Below are positions 10,649-21,981 of a stretch of DNA of 64,000 nt, in pieces (the first letter of the stretch is position 1; every line of letters begins with the position of its first letter). A program made the position numbers and the translations under genes. The stretch comes from Marsupella aquatica. Lineage: Eukaryota > Plantae > Marchantiophyta. Under the pieces are notes generated by a model that was not told the DNA's origin, made no database searches, and saw only the letters and a program-made list of their open reading frames with translations. The DNA lies in NCBI GenBank assembly GCA_973895155.1, contig OZ316893.1:18666857-18730856 (forward strand), given 5' to 3'.

Positions 10649-13510
10649 CTACTGCTTCTTGAGCAATCTAGAGTTCCATAGGGCATTCATCCCCTTCACA
10701 TCAGATAACTTAGACTGGTTCTCCCCTGCATTAGCAAATGGCAATGCCACATCTACAAACACTTCAATCACACGCACTCGCAAGAAAGGGCTTTCAAAAT
10801 CTACACAATGGAACTTATCTTCTCTTGGCAGCCCTGTCACCTCACCTTCTGCTACTATCATGGAATTGTCCACAACACTCTTCATCTTCACCAAACCTCC
10901 TCTTGCAAACTGTGAATAACACATTTTGTTAAAAATGCAATATGCACAAATTGAAAGATACAATTTGTGAACACTCAAATCTAACACTCAAATCTAACAA
11001 CACTTTTACCTTTGCAATGGGGTTAGGAGACTGAATGAGTTTCTTGTGTGCAGGTGATGCATTTGCTGAAGATCCTTTCTTCCTTTTCTTGAACTTTCCC
11101 CTTCTAGTTGATGGAGTGTCATCCTGTTCACTTAGAGCAGGAGTATCTTTTGGCAACTCAGATGATTCTGGGGTTTTATCTGGTGTCAACTCAATTGACT
11201 TATCCTTTGGCAACTGAAAGGCATCTGAAATGGCATCTTTGGGCAACTCAGATGGCAATAGGTTCACTTCCAATTCATTTTGCTTCAGAATACTGTTAGC
11301 TGTGTCAGTTGGATTTCCCTGCAACACAGGAGGCTCCCCTAAAGATGTTGTAATAAAACACACACAAGAGAAATGCATAAACAAACATGTATACACCAGC
11401 AACATATAATCACACTAGAACATGCAAGAACATTATAAACATACAATGACATATATACACCACAATAATTACATTGAATGGATAGTGAATAGATGATAGA
11501 GAATTTTACCTCCATTATCACCTGAAAAAGTAAGAGATCGTTTTCTACTACCTTCTTTGGTAGCTGTAGTCAACTTACTGTGACTAGGAACAAATGTTGG
11601 AACTTGTGCATTACTGGAGTGATGTGCCATCCATATAGTCATCATGTTTGTCAACTCCTTCACAGTGCCTTTCAACTCATCGACATCCAATTTGACAGCC
11701 CCAATGGCAGTGATCTCTTCTTTTGAATGTGGGGTCTGTAAATGAACCACAAACCAACACAACATTCTCATTGTCAAACTAACAAATGACACAACACTCT
11801 ATCAAATGGAAAATGATGTATAAATCAGATTGGAATGGCAATACTCACAGCTGATCCATGTTTGTATCCTCGCCCCAGTAAGCTAGCACTTTTACCCTCC
11901 CCACTTGCCAATGACGGGCTCGCCTTTGCTCCCAAAAAACTACCAGTCTGACCTTCTGCACTTGCCAATGATGGGCTCATTGTCACCTTTGGCAATGAAC
12001 CCTGACTACCAAGGTTTTCTTTCAGGTCAGATATACCTGGGCTTGATCCTCTCTTCTACTTCTGTTCAAACACATAATGAATGAGAAACTCAAAGTCTGT
12101 TTTCATCAAGATTCACAAACAAGACAGAATTGATAGTGAAAATGATATAGACAGTTTACCATTCTCTTTGCTGCTGCAGCATGCCCTCCTCTACCAAAGT
12201 GACTGGTATCTTGCACTCATGCTCTTTTATTAGTCATATGTTTACTCAAAGATATCAATGTTGGACTAGTGAAATGAGATACCAAAGTTGCCCATTTCTT
12301 TGGATCAACACCAGATGGCCCAGGTTTGGTTGGATCCTCATTGCAAACTTTCTTCCAGTAAACATGCATTTTATGGCGCTCTCTTCAATATGCCACGACA
12401 ATGACTCTGGAATTTGTTGTCAATAAATTCCCCACCCACATACTTCCACTCAGTTGCCATGTTATTCCACACACTGGTTATATATGAACTCGTGGATGAT
12501 CAGTCCATTTTGGCTTTGATTCTGAGTACATTGCCACGAAGTTCCTCCAGCCAGTATTGTTTGTTGGGATCAAAATCATCAATATCATTGTCATAAATCT
12601 GCATTTCACATGCAATGTCAATTCATAACTCTAGAATTTATGCATGGTCCAGGTTTTATACACACAATAACAGAGAGGATCTATGTCTAAATCTACATTC
12701 AAAAAAAATGCAATACTCACTTTAATGTGTTTGGGCAAATCTCCCTGATTCCTTCGTACTTTGGCAGCATTATCAAACATCTTCTTAGCATGCCTTCGTT
12801 CCCTACGCATCTCAGAGGCCCCGCCTACAATGCACACACATGCTTTCAATCAGAAAATATGTACATTGAAAAGTTGAGCAAATGCACTTGCATATGCATG
12901 ACAAGCAGATTTGTATTACCTGAAGATCCTCTGGAATATAGTACGTCAGATTGACCTGATCTACCTTCAGATGCTGATGGAACCACTAAACAAACACACA
13001 ACACCAAGCACTTCAATGAATTTCATTTCCAAGTAGAATATCAACTTCCAAACACACTGAAAAGGTATATCAGTACAAAATCCACTCACTTTCATATAAT
13101 AGTCCAGTGTTTGGGTCTTTCCAACATCTCACCAGCCCACCTCCACCTCCACCTCCACCTCCACCTCCACCAGGCCCAGTCTTCTTAGGACCACGATTTT
13201 GTTTTTGTACCTACATCATGGACAACGTAGGCATATTAACAAATACTTTGAAACAAGGACAAGGATTTAGGGTTTAGGATGATGAAATTCAAACATTACC
13301 TGTTGTTCACTCTCAGGTTCCGACCCTCCAATGTCAGAATCCTCAGTGTCATACCCAGCACTGGCATAGCCATCATCACCAGACTCTGCCATGTTCACCT
13401 TGGTAACTTGTGATAGTCTAGAGCTCTTCCTCTTTGGCAATGTTCCAGTTGAAGTACCTTTCACCAATGTAGGCTTTTCTCTCTGTCGTTGTACATGTGT
13501 GGTTGGGCCT
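10649..13510 (-). pseudogene. CACTA TnpA-like multi-exon gene with Tnp1/En-Spm-type C-terminal domain, degraded
   Basis: Short exons with GT/AG boundaries downstream of TnpD. Last exon VAEGEVTGLPREDKFHCVDFESPFLRVRVIEVFVDVALPF...ALWNSRLL resembles TnpA C-termini. A (CCACCT)n run at ~13137-13170 encodes poly-Gly. Confidence 0.65.
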
Positions 13511-13939
13511 CTAAGGAACAAAGCAATCATCAACATACACCAATGCAGATCAAACATACATGCAAGCAGAATCTACAACACAGTAACAATGGTACTTATG
13601 TACAGGATCCATACTAGTATGAGACCAATCTGGAATATGAAAACAGAACATGAACCTGACAACTCCATATATCTACTGAATCAAATTTTCAACAGACATA
13701 TTAACACACACATCAGCATGTAGTATGGCCCCAGTCCTAGATCATGCATAATGCTGACATTATGCTCTATGTTTCGCTTTTGGGCCTCCTCATAAGCATT
13801 CACAGGATGTGATAACCCCTGCAATCTTCCTTTCACAGGCTGCATTCACCAACTGCACAAATGGGCAAAACATTAGTCTGATTTCATATATAGTCCATAC
13901 ATGTAGTCCATCTATGGACTTCACACACCTAAAACCTAT

Positions 13940-16900
13940 TCACTGCTTAGGTCTACCCTTTCTTGCAGATCCCTCTGCATCTCTGCCTCGTTTGGGACCA
14001 GTACTTGGTCCTGGATTTGCTCTAGTCCTACAGGCTTTAGCCAATTCAATGTGTAATTTGGCATTGTTTTCCATTGTAGCATGGAAATCAACATCTGTGT
14101 AATCACCTAACACCCTTGTGGACCTGGATTCTTTGTGGAGGATTGTTCTCCATGCGATTGGGGTGGAAGAAAACCTGCTCCACTTGCTTTGGGAAAACAT
14201 AATCCATTTTCTTGGACACACCCAGTTCTCTATGGAAATTCACCTGCCAAAGACCAGACTCATAATACCTCATACTGGCAGAGGATTTAGGAGTCCATGA
14301 TGGATCTGCCCATTTCCCTTTGAAAAGAATCACCTCTTTCCTCAAGCTACCATAATTTAGTACCAAGATATCTGTCAAGGCCCCTACATACTGTACAGAT
14401 TCTTCTCTAGTTGCGCCAGACCTGTCCACTCGCTTCTCAGTGAATGTCGAAGCCATCCCAGAATCAAAAGTGCTAAATGCACCAGAATCACAATCACTCA
14501 AACACCCCAAGGATGGAATAGTCCCCCGGTGATGCCCATAGGCTCTGCATGCCCTATACAGTCGTGCCTTCAAACTAGGTGGTGTGGAGTATGCAGATAG
14601 TAATGACCGCTCAGACTCTGTCTCAAAATTATGGGTATTGACTAATGTTTGAAACCATTCCATGAAAGGTGGCAGTTCTTGGCAGTCAAGGGGAAATTCC
14701 ATTGGTTTTCTTTGATTGGCAGGCTTCCTCATCCATTCCTTTCGGAAATCCACTCTTCGTTTGGTAACGGTCTCATTGGTAGCATCATATATCCTACATG
14801 GCAACAACAACACTGAAGACATTAGTGCAAGATCCACCATGAATATACAAACACAATGGGCAAGCATAATTATGATCCATATGGTACAGGGTTTACATAC
14901 CTGTACCATGGAGCCACTGTCTCTTCATTCTCCAATATATAATGATGCATGGCCATCATTTCAGACCAATTCAAAGTTATCTCCTTTGCAGCCCCTTCCA
15001 AGACAACGCTAGCATCCTCCTCCAACTCCCAGGTTCGTTTTCCCTCTCCCTTAGCATCAATCATGTATTCAGAAAGGAATCCCAAAGACTCATCTAATAC
15101 ATAGCCTTCAGCCATAGAAGCCTCTGGACGTGCCTTGTTTTGTACATAACTCTTCAATACCTTCAGGTTCCTCTCTATTGGGTACATCCATCTGCCTGTA
15201 ACTGGGCCACACAAGTCTAATTCCTCCACTAGGTGAATCATTAAATGGGTCATGACATCAAAGAAGCTTGGTGGAAAATGGATTTCCACAATGCAAAGAG
15301 TGAATGCAACATCCATCATCAAATTCTCATACATTGAAGGATCCCACACCTTCGTACAGATCTGGCGATAGATATTGCTCATCCCAGCTATGGCCAAGCG
15401 AACCCCTTCATCAAGTAAACCCATTGTTGCCAGAGGGAGAATCTGTTGCATGAGTTGGTGGAAATCATGTGATTTCAACCTAGAGAGTTTCTTGGATTAT
15501 GTAACACACTTTGCCAAAGAACTTGAAAAACCAGTGGGCCCTTTCAAGGTCAACAACACCTCTAGGAACCTTGTTATTTCCTTCTTGCTCAGGCAATATG
15601 GGGCTGGGGGCATCCACAATTTGTCATCATTACGCTTGGGAGCTGGATTGGGTACAAGCCATAGGTGTTGGCGCACCTGTAAGAGCTTCATGTCTTCTCG
15701 CAGAGAAGGAGTGTGCTTGGTCCCACTGATAGTGTGCACAATGTTGTGTGCAAAATTCTTCTCACAGTGCATGGGATCTAGACAATGGTTAATGAGTAAT
15801 TTCTGTAGTGGACACACAATTCAAAAATTAGGGCATTGAATACAACAATTACAATATCTGGGCTACAGGAAGTAAAAACATTTCAAACTCATATATGAAG
15901 AGACTGCAGAAATTCATTGTAGTGGTATGGAGTCTTACGTTCCAATAGGGCAACTTGTACAAACCAGTACCCCTCTTCACTCCATGCACCTTTATGGGGC
16001 AGCTCTCATCCTCAACCTTGGTTCCTACCTTCTTCAAATATTATGTTGTCTCGTCTCCCCACTTCTTTCTATTAGAGCTTGACATTCTACACGGTGCAGG
16101 CCGGCTCTCAATTGCACCATCAAAGTATTGTGCACTGTCTGGTCTACAAAAGAGATGCCTTGCTGCTAACCATCGACGATGGCCACTGTACTCTAATTTC
16201 TGCAAGTGCTTAGAACCACGTGCCACACATTTTGGCCCACATATGACACATCCTTTGTATCCAGCGTGTTGCTGTCCAGATATTAAACCATATGCAAGGT
16301 AATCATTGATTGTCCACAATAGCACAGCCCTTAGGTTGAAGTGTTGAGACAATCCTGGGCATGGCAATTTGTCAAAGCAGGGCACTCCTTTTGTCCACAA
16401 CAGCTTCAGCTCATCATAGAATGGGCCTGTAGTTTGTTATGAAGAACCAAAAACACACTTAAAGGTCTTCAAACTCGGTATTCGTTCTCGTAAAGAACAA
16501 GATGGGGTTGGTTTGATAGATTTAAACAATAATAAAGAACTAAAAATATTTTCCACACATAGTAATCAAGTTTGATTACTTCAATAAGGTATTTTGAAGA
16601 TCGCTCCACAGCGGTGAGTAGTTTTTAATGGTAACTCAGCATTGGGTAACCATAAATTAATGAAAAAGGAATGATTAACAAAACACAAGAGAAAATAATC
16701 TCAAAGTACGCTAAGGGAGTTTGGAATAGAGAGTACAAAAGGAATTTTACTTCCTGTGTTTATAATCATAGGTAAAAACACAAGAAGGAGGTAAGTCTCT
16801 CCAAATGTTAAACCTGATCTCGAACTCATAGATTCATGATCAACTACGTTAACACAAGGAAGAGGCAGAAATGCATAACTTAACCATAAACTACACTAGT

Positions 16901-18936
16901 GGTGGAGAGGTCTTATAGTAAAAACCTACAGGATAAGAGGTCATAGGGTTGAAGAGACATGCCTCTTCATACTCCTCAAAAAGTCAAAATAGCAATTCAG
17001 TAAGTGAAAATCCGGGAAATGGCTAAGTAAGAACCCGTAAACCCTTAAAAGCGTAAAAGCGTAAAAACGTATAAGCGTAAGAGCGTAAAGGCGTAATCCG
17101 GTAAATGCGGTAGATTTAAAGACTTAGCAAATTCAACTATTTTTAACTTTCTACTCCTGGCTCGGAAAATTCTGAAATTTTGCCAGTGAGTTTCTCTATG
17201 TATAGACTATATACTAAAGAAGTTTCATAGCTTTTAAAGCTCTATAACTCATTCTGAAAAATAGGAAAAGATGCACTATTCTTAAAACTAACTAAAAAGA
17301 CTTAGACTACTCCTCAAGCTTGTTGTCGGATGTCTTCTGGTTCGAGTAGCTCCACGAGGGTAACAGTCCGAGCTTGAGTAACTTCCATCAGCTCAGCTTG
17401 GCGTGGGGATCCTCTGGAGTAAGGTAGGCATCTCAATTGCCTCTCAGGATACATAGTAACTTAGTAACTTTGAATGTTGTTTTAGTTACAGTTAGCAATA
17501 ATTGCAATCTAAACACCGTAAAAAATTTAAAAAATTTCAGTTTCTTCATGCTTTTGGAATTACCCACTACTTACAGGGCCCAATATTATGTCCAGCTGTT
17601 CCTCTGTTATTGAATCAGATCCTGGAATCAACATAGCTAGCATGACAAAGAACTTCTTGGTGGTAAGCCAAAGAGGTAAATTGTAATTCAACAACAGGAT
17701 TGGCTAGGTAGACCAAGCTGTGGAATTATTCCCGAAGGGATTCACCCCATCAAGCGCCAACCCAAATCGCACATTCCTTGGTTCAGCTGCAATTTCCGAT
17801 CAATATTTGTATCCACATGCTTCCAAGCCTTGGAATTTGCTGCATGCCGAACCATGTTGTCTGTGCTTCTATTCTCATGATGCCAAGTCATGAGTTTAGA
17901 TGTACCAGCAGTGGCATACAATCTCTTCAACCTTGGAATTGTAGGGAAATACCGCACCACCTTCCTTGCCTGTAATGAATTCCCCACTCTCTTCATCTTG
18001 GGCTGCTGACACACTGAACAGTTTTCTAACTTGGCATTCTCACCCCTAAAGAGCATGCAACCTTTCTCACAGACAGGGATTCTCTCATAATCCAAGCCAA
18101 GCTTTCTCAATAGCTGCTTTGCAGCATATAAGTTCTTGGGCAGATTATGCTCTGTAGGCATACCATGCTCCCCCATTAAAGCCAACAATGCATTCACTCC
18201 TTTGTTTGAGAATCCATGGCCATGACAGATGTTCAACAGAAGCAACATGAATGACACAACATCTATTTTGCTGCCTGGGAACAAAGGTTGCATTGCTTCA
18301 TCTAAAGATAACTGTGCAGGATCAGTCTCCACAGGAGTTTGGGAGGTTTCAAGGGGCTGTACAAGATGGGCACCTCCTTCACTCTCATCATCCCCAAGTA
18401 CAAAAAATCCAAATCAAAACGGTCCTGATCATCTAGTTCATGCTCAGGGGATTCTTCACTGGTTCTCAACAACGTTTCTTCAAGTAGAGCCCTGACATGT
18501 TCTTCAACATCTATAGTTGGATGTTCTTGAACATCCACAGTTGGATACTCTAGAACATCTACAAATAACGGTTCTTCAACATCTACATTGGCTTTTGTGC
18601 ACAGGTTGCCTGCTGAAGGTTTGCTAACCTCAATGCCTCAGGGCCATGTTGTGACATGTAGTCAGCACCCCACTCTGCATCAGAAGAGTCCTGTCCCTCT
18701 CCCACCCACACTCGACATGCAGGGTACCGACCATGTTTAACAAGGTGTAGTCTAGCAGTATTCCAATTAGTCCTATAATTCCCTTTGCAGTACATCTTAT
18801 GGTCCCCACTCTTGTGGCAGGCCTTCTGTTCTTGAACCCACAAAGCATCATCACGATGTTGTAATCTAGCTGGATGGAAGAGCGACAACTTTGGAGTTCT
18901 ACCCACACCTAACCTATTATGTGGCAATTGTGCCAT
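13940..18936 (-). pseudogene. CACTA TnpD transposase (transposase-associated, Transposase_21, DUF4218 and DUF4216-like regions), disrupted
   Basis: Motifs KVVRYFPTIPRLKRLY, LRAVLLWTINDY, HCLDPMHCEKN, KSHDFHQLMQQILP, FPPSFFDVMTHLMIHLV, RWMYPIER, YVFPKQVEQVFF. Contains stops, frameshifts and a solo LTR insertion. Confidence 0.95.
16428..17575 (-). mobile_element. 1148-bp solo LTR inserted in TnpD; related to the 32336-36302 unit
   Basis: TGTAG...TTACA with perfect 5-bp TSD GGGCC. The first ~300 bp match the reverse complement of ~36000-36302. Confidence 0.9.
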
Positions 18937-19524
18937 GCTAGCTTGATTGAAATTGTATTCAAACTCTGATTTTCAAACTCAATCAGTGTGACATGCATAC
19001 AAAATTGGGCCTATCGTCACAGTTGTACAACCGATGCCAACCACAGTCCAATTGCTCAAACCCACAGAGTCCAGTTTCTCAAATCCACTGTAGTAGGGCA
19101 CCTTCTCCTTCTTGCATACAAATAGAGCATCACAGACAGTGTCATCAGAATGATACTATGAACGTAAATCTCTATGCCTTCATCATTTCCAGTATTTATG
19201 AATGTGAGCAAACAGGTCTAGAATGAGTGACGTTTGTGACACCAGTGAAAATTTTACAAGTGAAGTTTAGACTAAACCATTAAAGGTCTCACATTCAAAG
19301 CACATGCATGAAAATTGGAATCCTACCCTGGAACAAATAGTAAAGTTGATTTCTCAAAACTAATTGCCTCAATCCGCAATGCACTGTCGTAGAGTGTGTA
19401 TACATGAGGAGTTCATCAAACTGCATATAAATAGTCCACATGTTTTAGCACTCTGAAAATTGTTTAAGTCCACGTGAAACCATCAAAAACATCTATCTCA
19501 TGTTTGTGTTCTATCCAGCCTCAA

Positions 19525-20184
19525 TCAAATCCAAGAAATGTGGCTCCTGGTAGGAGTGCCTAGTGTAGGATCAATGTCATGGTCAAGACAGTAAAACATC
19601 CCCTTCTTGGGCTGCCCATGTGCTGAGTGATCCCAAATTGTTCGATCATGGGCAAATCCCCTATGCTGGATAAACTGTAGGCAGTCCTTGTGCCATGCCT
19701 TAGGACACCTCATGCACTGAACCAAAAAGCCATTAGCCCCATCATTGGGCCCCTGTCCACAAGTGTGACAAATATGGAGTCCACATGATGCTGTGCCAGG
19801 AACCAAACACTGCTGACAGTAAAACCAGGCACAGAGAGGGTCTGGACATTTTCTTACCTCTTCACCAATTTTTCCAGACACATGGCACTTAAAGCAAGAA
19901 TGTTCCTCATTCTTGTAGTCAACACAAAGCCATTCTCCAACATGGCCATCAGCCAGGGATATAGTTGGGCATAGCCATTGCTGACCCAAAGGATAGGAAA
20001 CATTCTTATGGAAATGTCGGTGGCAAGGCCCATCACAAACAATGAGATCCCCTCCCTCATCACAAATCGCACATACATGTGGACTATTTTGGTTAATCTC
20101 AATGTCTGAGTATAAGGACAATTGAGGTGCTTGAGAGGATTCACCTCTGCAATGATTCATGGCCTTCTGCTTATTGCGAGCCAT
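19525..20184 (-). CDS. EDM2/NSD-type tandem PHD-finger protein (219 aa), single coding exon, carried inside the CACTA element
   Basis: CAICDEGGDLIVCDGPCHRHFH...HSCFKC...KCPDPLCAWFYCQQC...CGLHICHTC...QCMRCPKAWHKDCL...FYCLDHDIDPTLGTPTRSHI. ATG at 20184 is preceded by a splice-acceptor-like TGCAG. No internal stop. Confidence 0.85.
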   Translation of the reverse strand: MARNKQKAMNHCRGESSQAPQLSLYSDIEINQNSPHVCAICDEGGDLIVCDGPCHRHFHKNVSYPLGQQWLCPTISLADGHVGEWLCVDYKNEEHSCFKCHVSGKIGEEVRKCPDPLCAWFYCQQCLVPGTASCGLHICHTCGQGPNDGANGFLVQCMRCPKAWHKDCLQFIQHRGFAHDRTIWDHSAHGQPKKGMFYCLDHDIDPTLGTPTRSHISWI

Positions 20185-20554
20185 GGTCCTGCACACTCAG
20201 ACCCTACATCAGATTGTGAAACAAGAAGGAATAACAGGGTGCACCATGACACAAAAGAATGAGGGTGCAGCATAAAATATGACATGTAACCACAAGGGTG
20301 CAGCATAAACCAATGCTTTATGGATGGCAAAGCACTAGGACTGAGCAGCGCAAATAACCTTGGCCTATGATTGGAAGCAATCACAAATATTGCAACCTGT
20401 ATGCCTTTGCCTGCTGTCCAGCAGTGCTCACTCACCCTGCCTTTTTAAAATCTGTAAGGGCAACATAGAACAAATAGCAATTGAGTCTCAGCAAAGCATT
20501 GGTTCTGAAGTTTTAAAATGGACAGACTTGTTTCATTGCCTGCCTTGTGCGCAG

Positions 20555-20874
20555 GGATATGGCACCCGTGACAGAAAACAGGAAACAGGTTTCCTGGTAC
20601 CAGCAAAAAGTTACTGTTACCAGGAAAAATGACAATCAAAAAATATTTTCAAAAAAGTCACATTTTCCAAAAAAAATTAAATAAAAACATTTTTTGGCTA
20701 GCTTTGGGCGTTGGCAAAAAAATTTTTTTGGCAAAAAAATAAAAATTCCAAAAAAAAATTCAAAAAAATTCAAAAAAAATTACCACTCATTTTCCTGTTA
20801 ACAATTTCTGTTTCCTGTTACCATTTTCTATTTGCTGTTACTGTTTGGTGTTTGCTATCGTCTGTAAATACCTC
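20555..20874 (+). mobile_element. ~300-bp non-autonomous DNA element, copy 1
   Basis: GGATATGGCACCCGTGACAG...GTAAATACCTC with 8-bp TSD GTGCGCAG. Matches copies 2 and 3. Confidence 0.9.
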
Positions 20875-21981
20875 GTGCGCAGCAGGCTAAGACTGATCAG
20901 GGCAAACAAAGCAAACACAACAATGTGCACAACAAAGCACAGAGAGCAACAAAACTCCAGCAAACTGGGACTCAGGCAAGAGATACGACCATAAAGGTGA
21001 CACACACTTCCGCAAAGGTCAAAAGCCTTCTACATCTTAAGGTGCTGGACACATTTGTTATAGAACCGTAAGTTACTATACTCTCAACAAGCTTTCTCCT
21101 TGTGAGGTCGTTTAAACCATCCTAGACTGTTATCTGATCAAGCCAGTCTATTCACTCAACAACAAACTTTTAGCAACGGCTGTCAGTTGCCAACGCTTGA
21201 TTCTCATGTTTTAAGCTCCATTTGCTGCGCATAAGAAACTCAGAAGTACAATGAACTCTCTAATGCAACAATGTGCTATTAACAGGACACGATGGAGAGA
21301 ACTGTCTGACACAATGAGAGTGAATTGTTTAAGTACATTCATCATATATAATGTCAGATGGTACATAGCAATTAAGGCAGCGAATAGTCCATGTATTTTT
21401 ATCTTGAATTTTGGATTCAAGTAGTGAGAACTATAAATTTATATATTCAAGTAGTGAGAGCTACAAATTTAAATTTGATGGGACAGTTTTCCAGTTCAGG
21501 GTCCTGCTGCGCTTTATATACAGCAACAACCTGAGCTCCATGACAAAACCCACCCGCAAGCTGAAGCCTCTGGACAGAGACAAGAAAATCTGTGAAAGAA
21601 AGTAGAGCGCAACTTAACAAAAACAGTCATAACAAAAACAGTCATAACAAAAACAGTCATGGACTTGAAAGATTGAGCAAGTCTAGGCGCGGACTAGAGA
21701 GTGGCTATAGGATGAACAACCTAAAACTGTACAGGAACTAGGGGGATCTACAAGCAATTTAGGCAATGCTAGAACCCAACAAACAAGACAGGGACCAACG
21801 TGAACTTAGGCAATGCTAGAACCCAACCAACAAAACAGATCAGCCTTCCACTCAGGCAGAAACAATCCTGGCCCACTCAGGCAGTAAATAGGGTCGAGCC
21901 AAAAAAATTTGGCATCAATTTCTCAAACACCAAATGTTGCCAATGCTAACACAATGAAATACTGGAAGAGATAGAAAGAGA

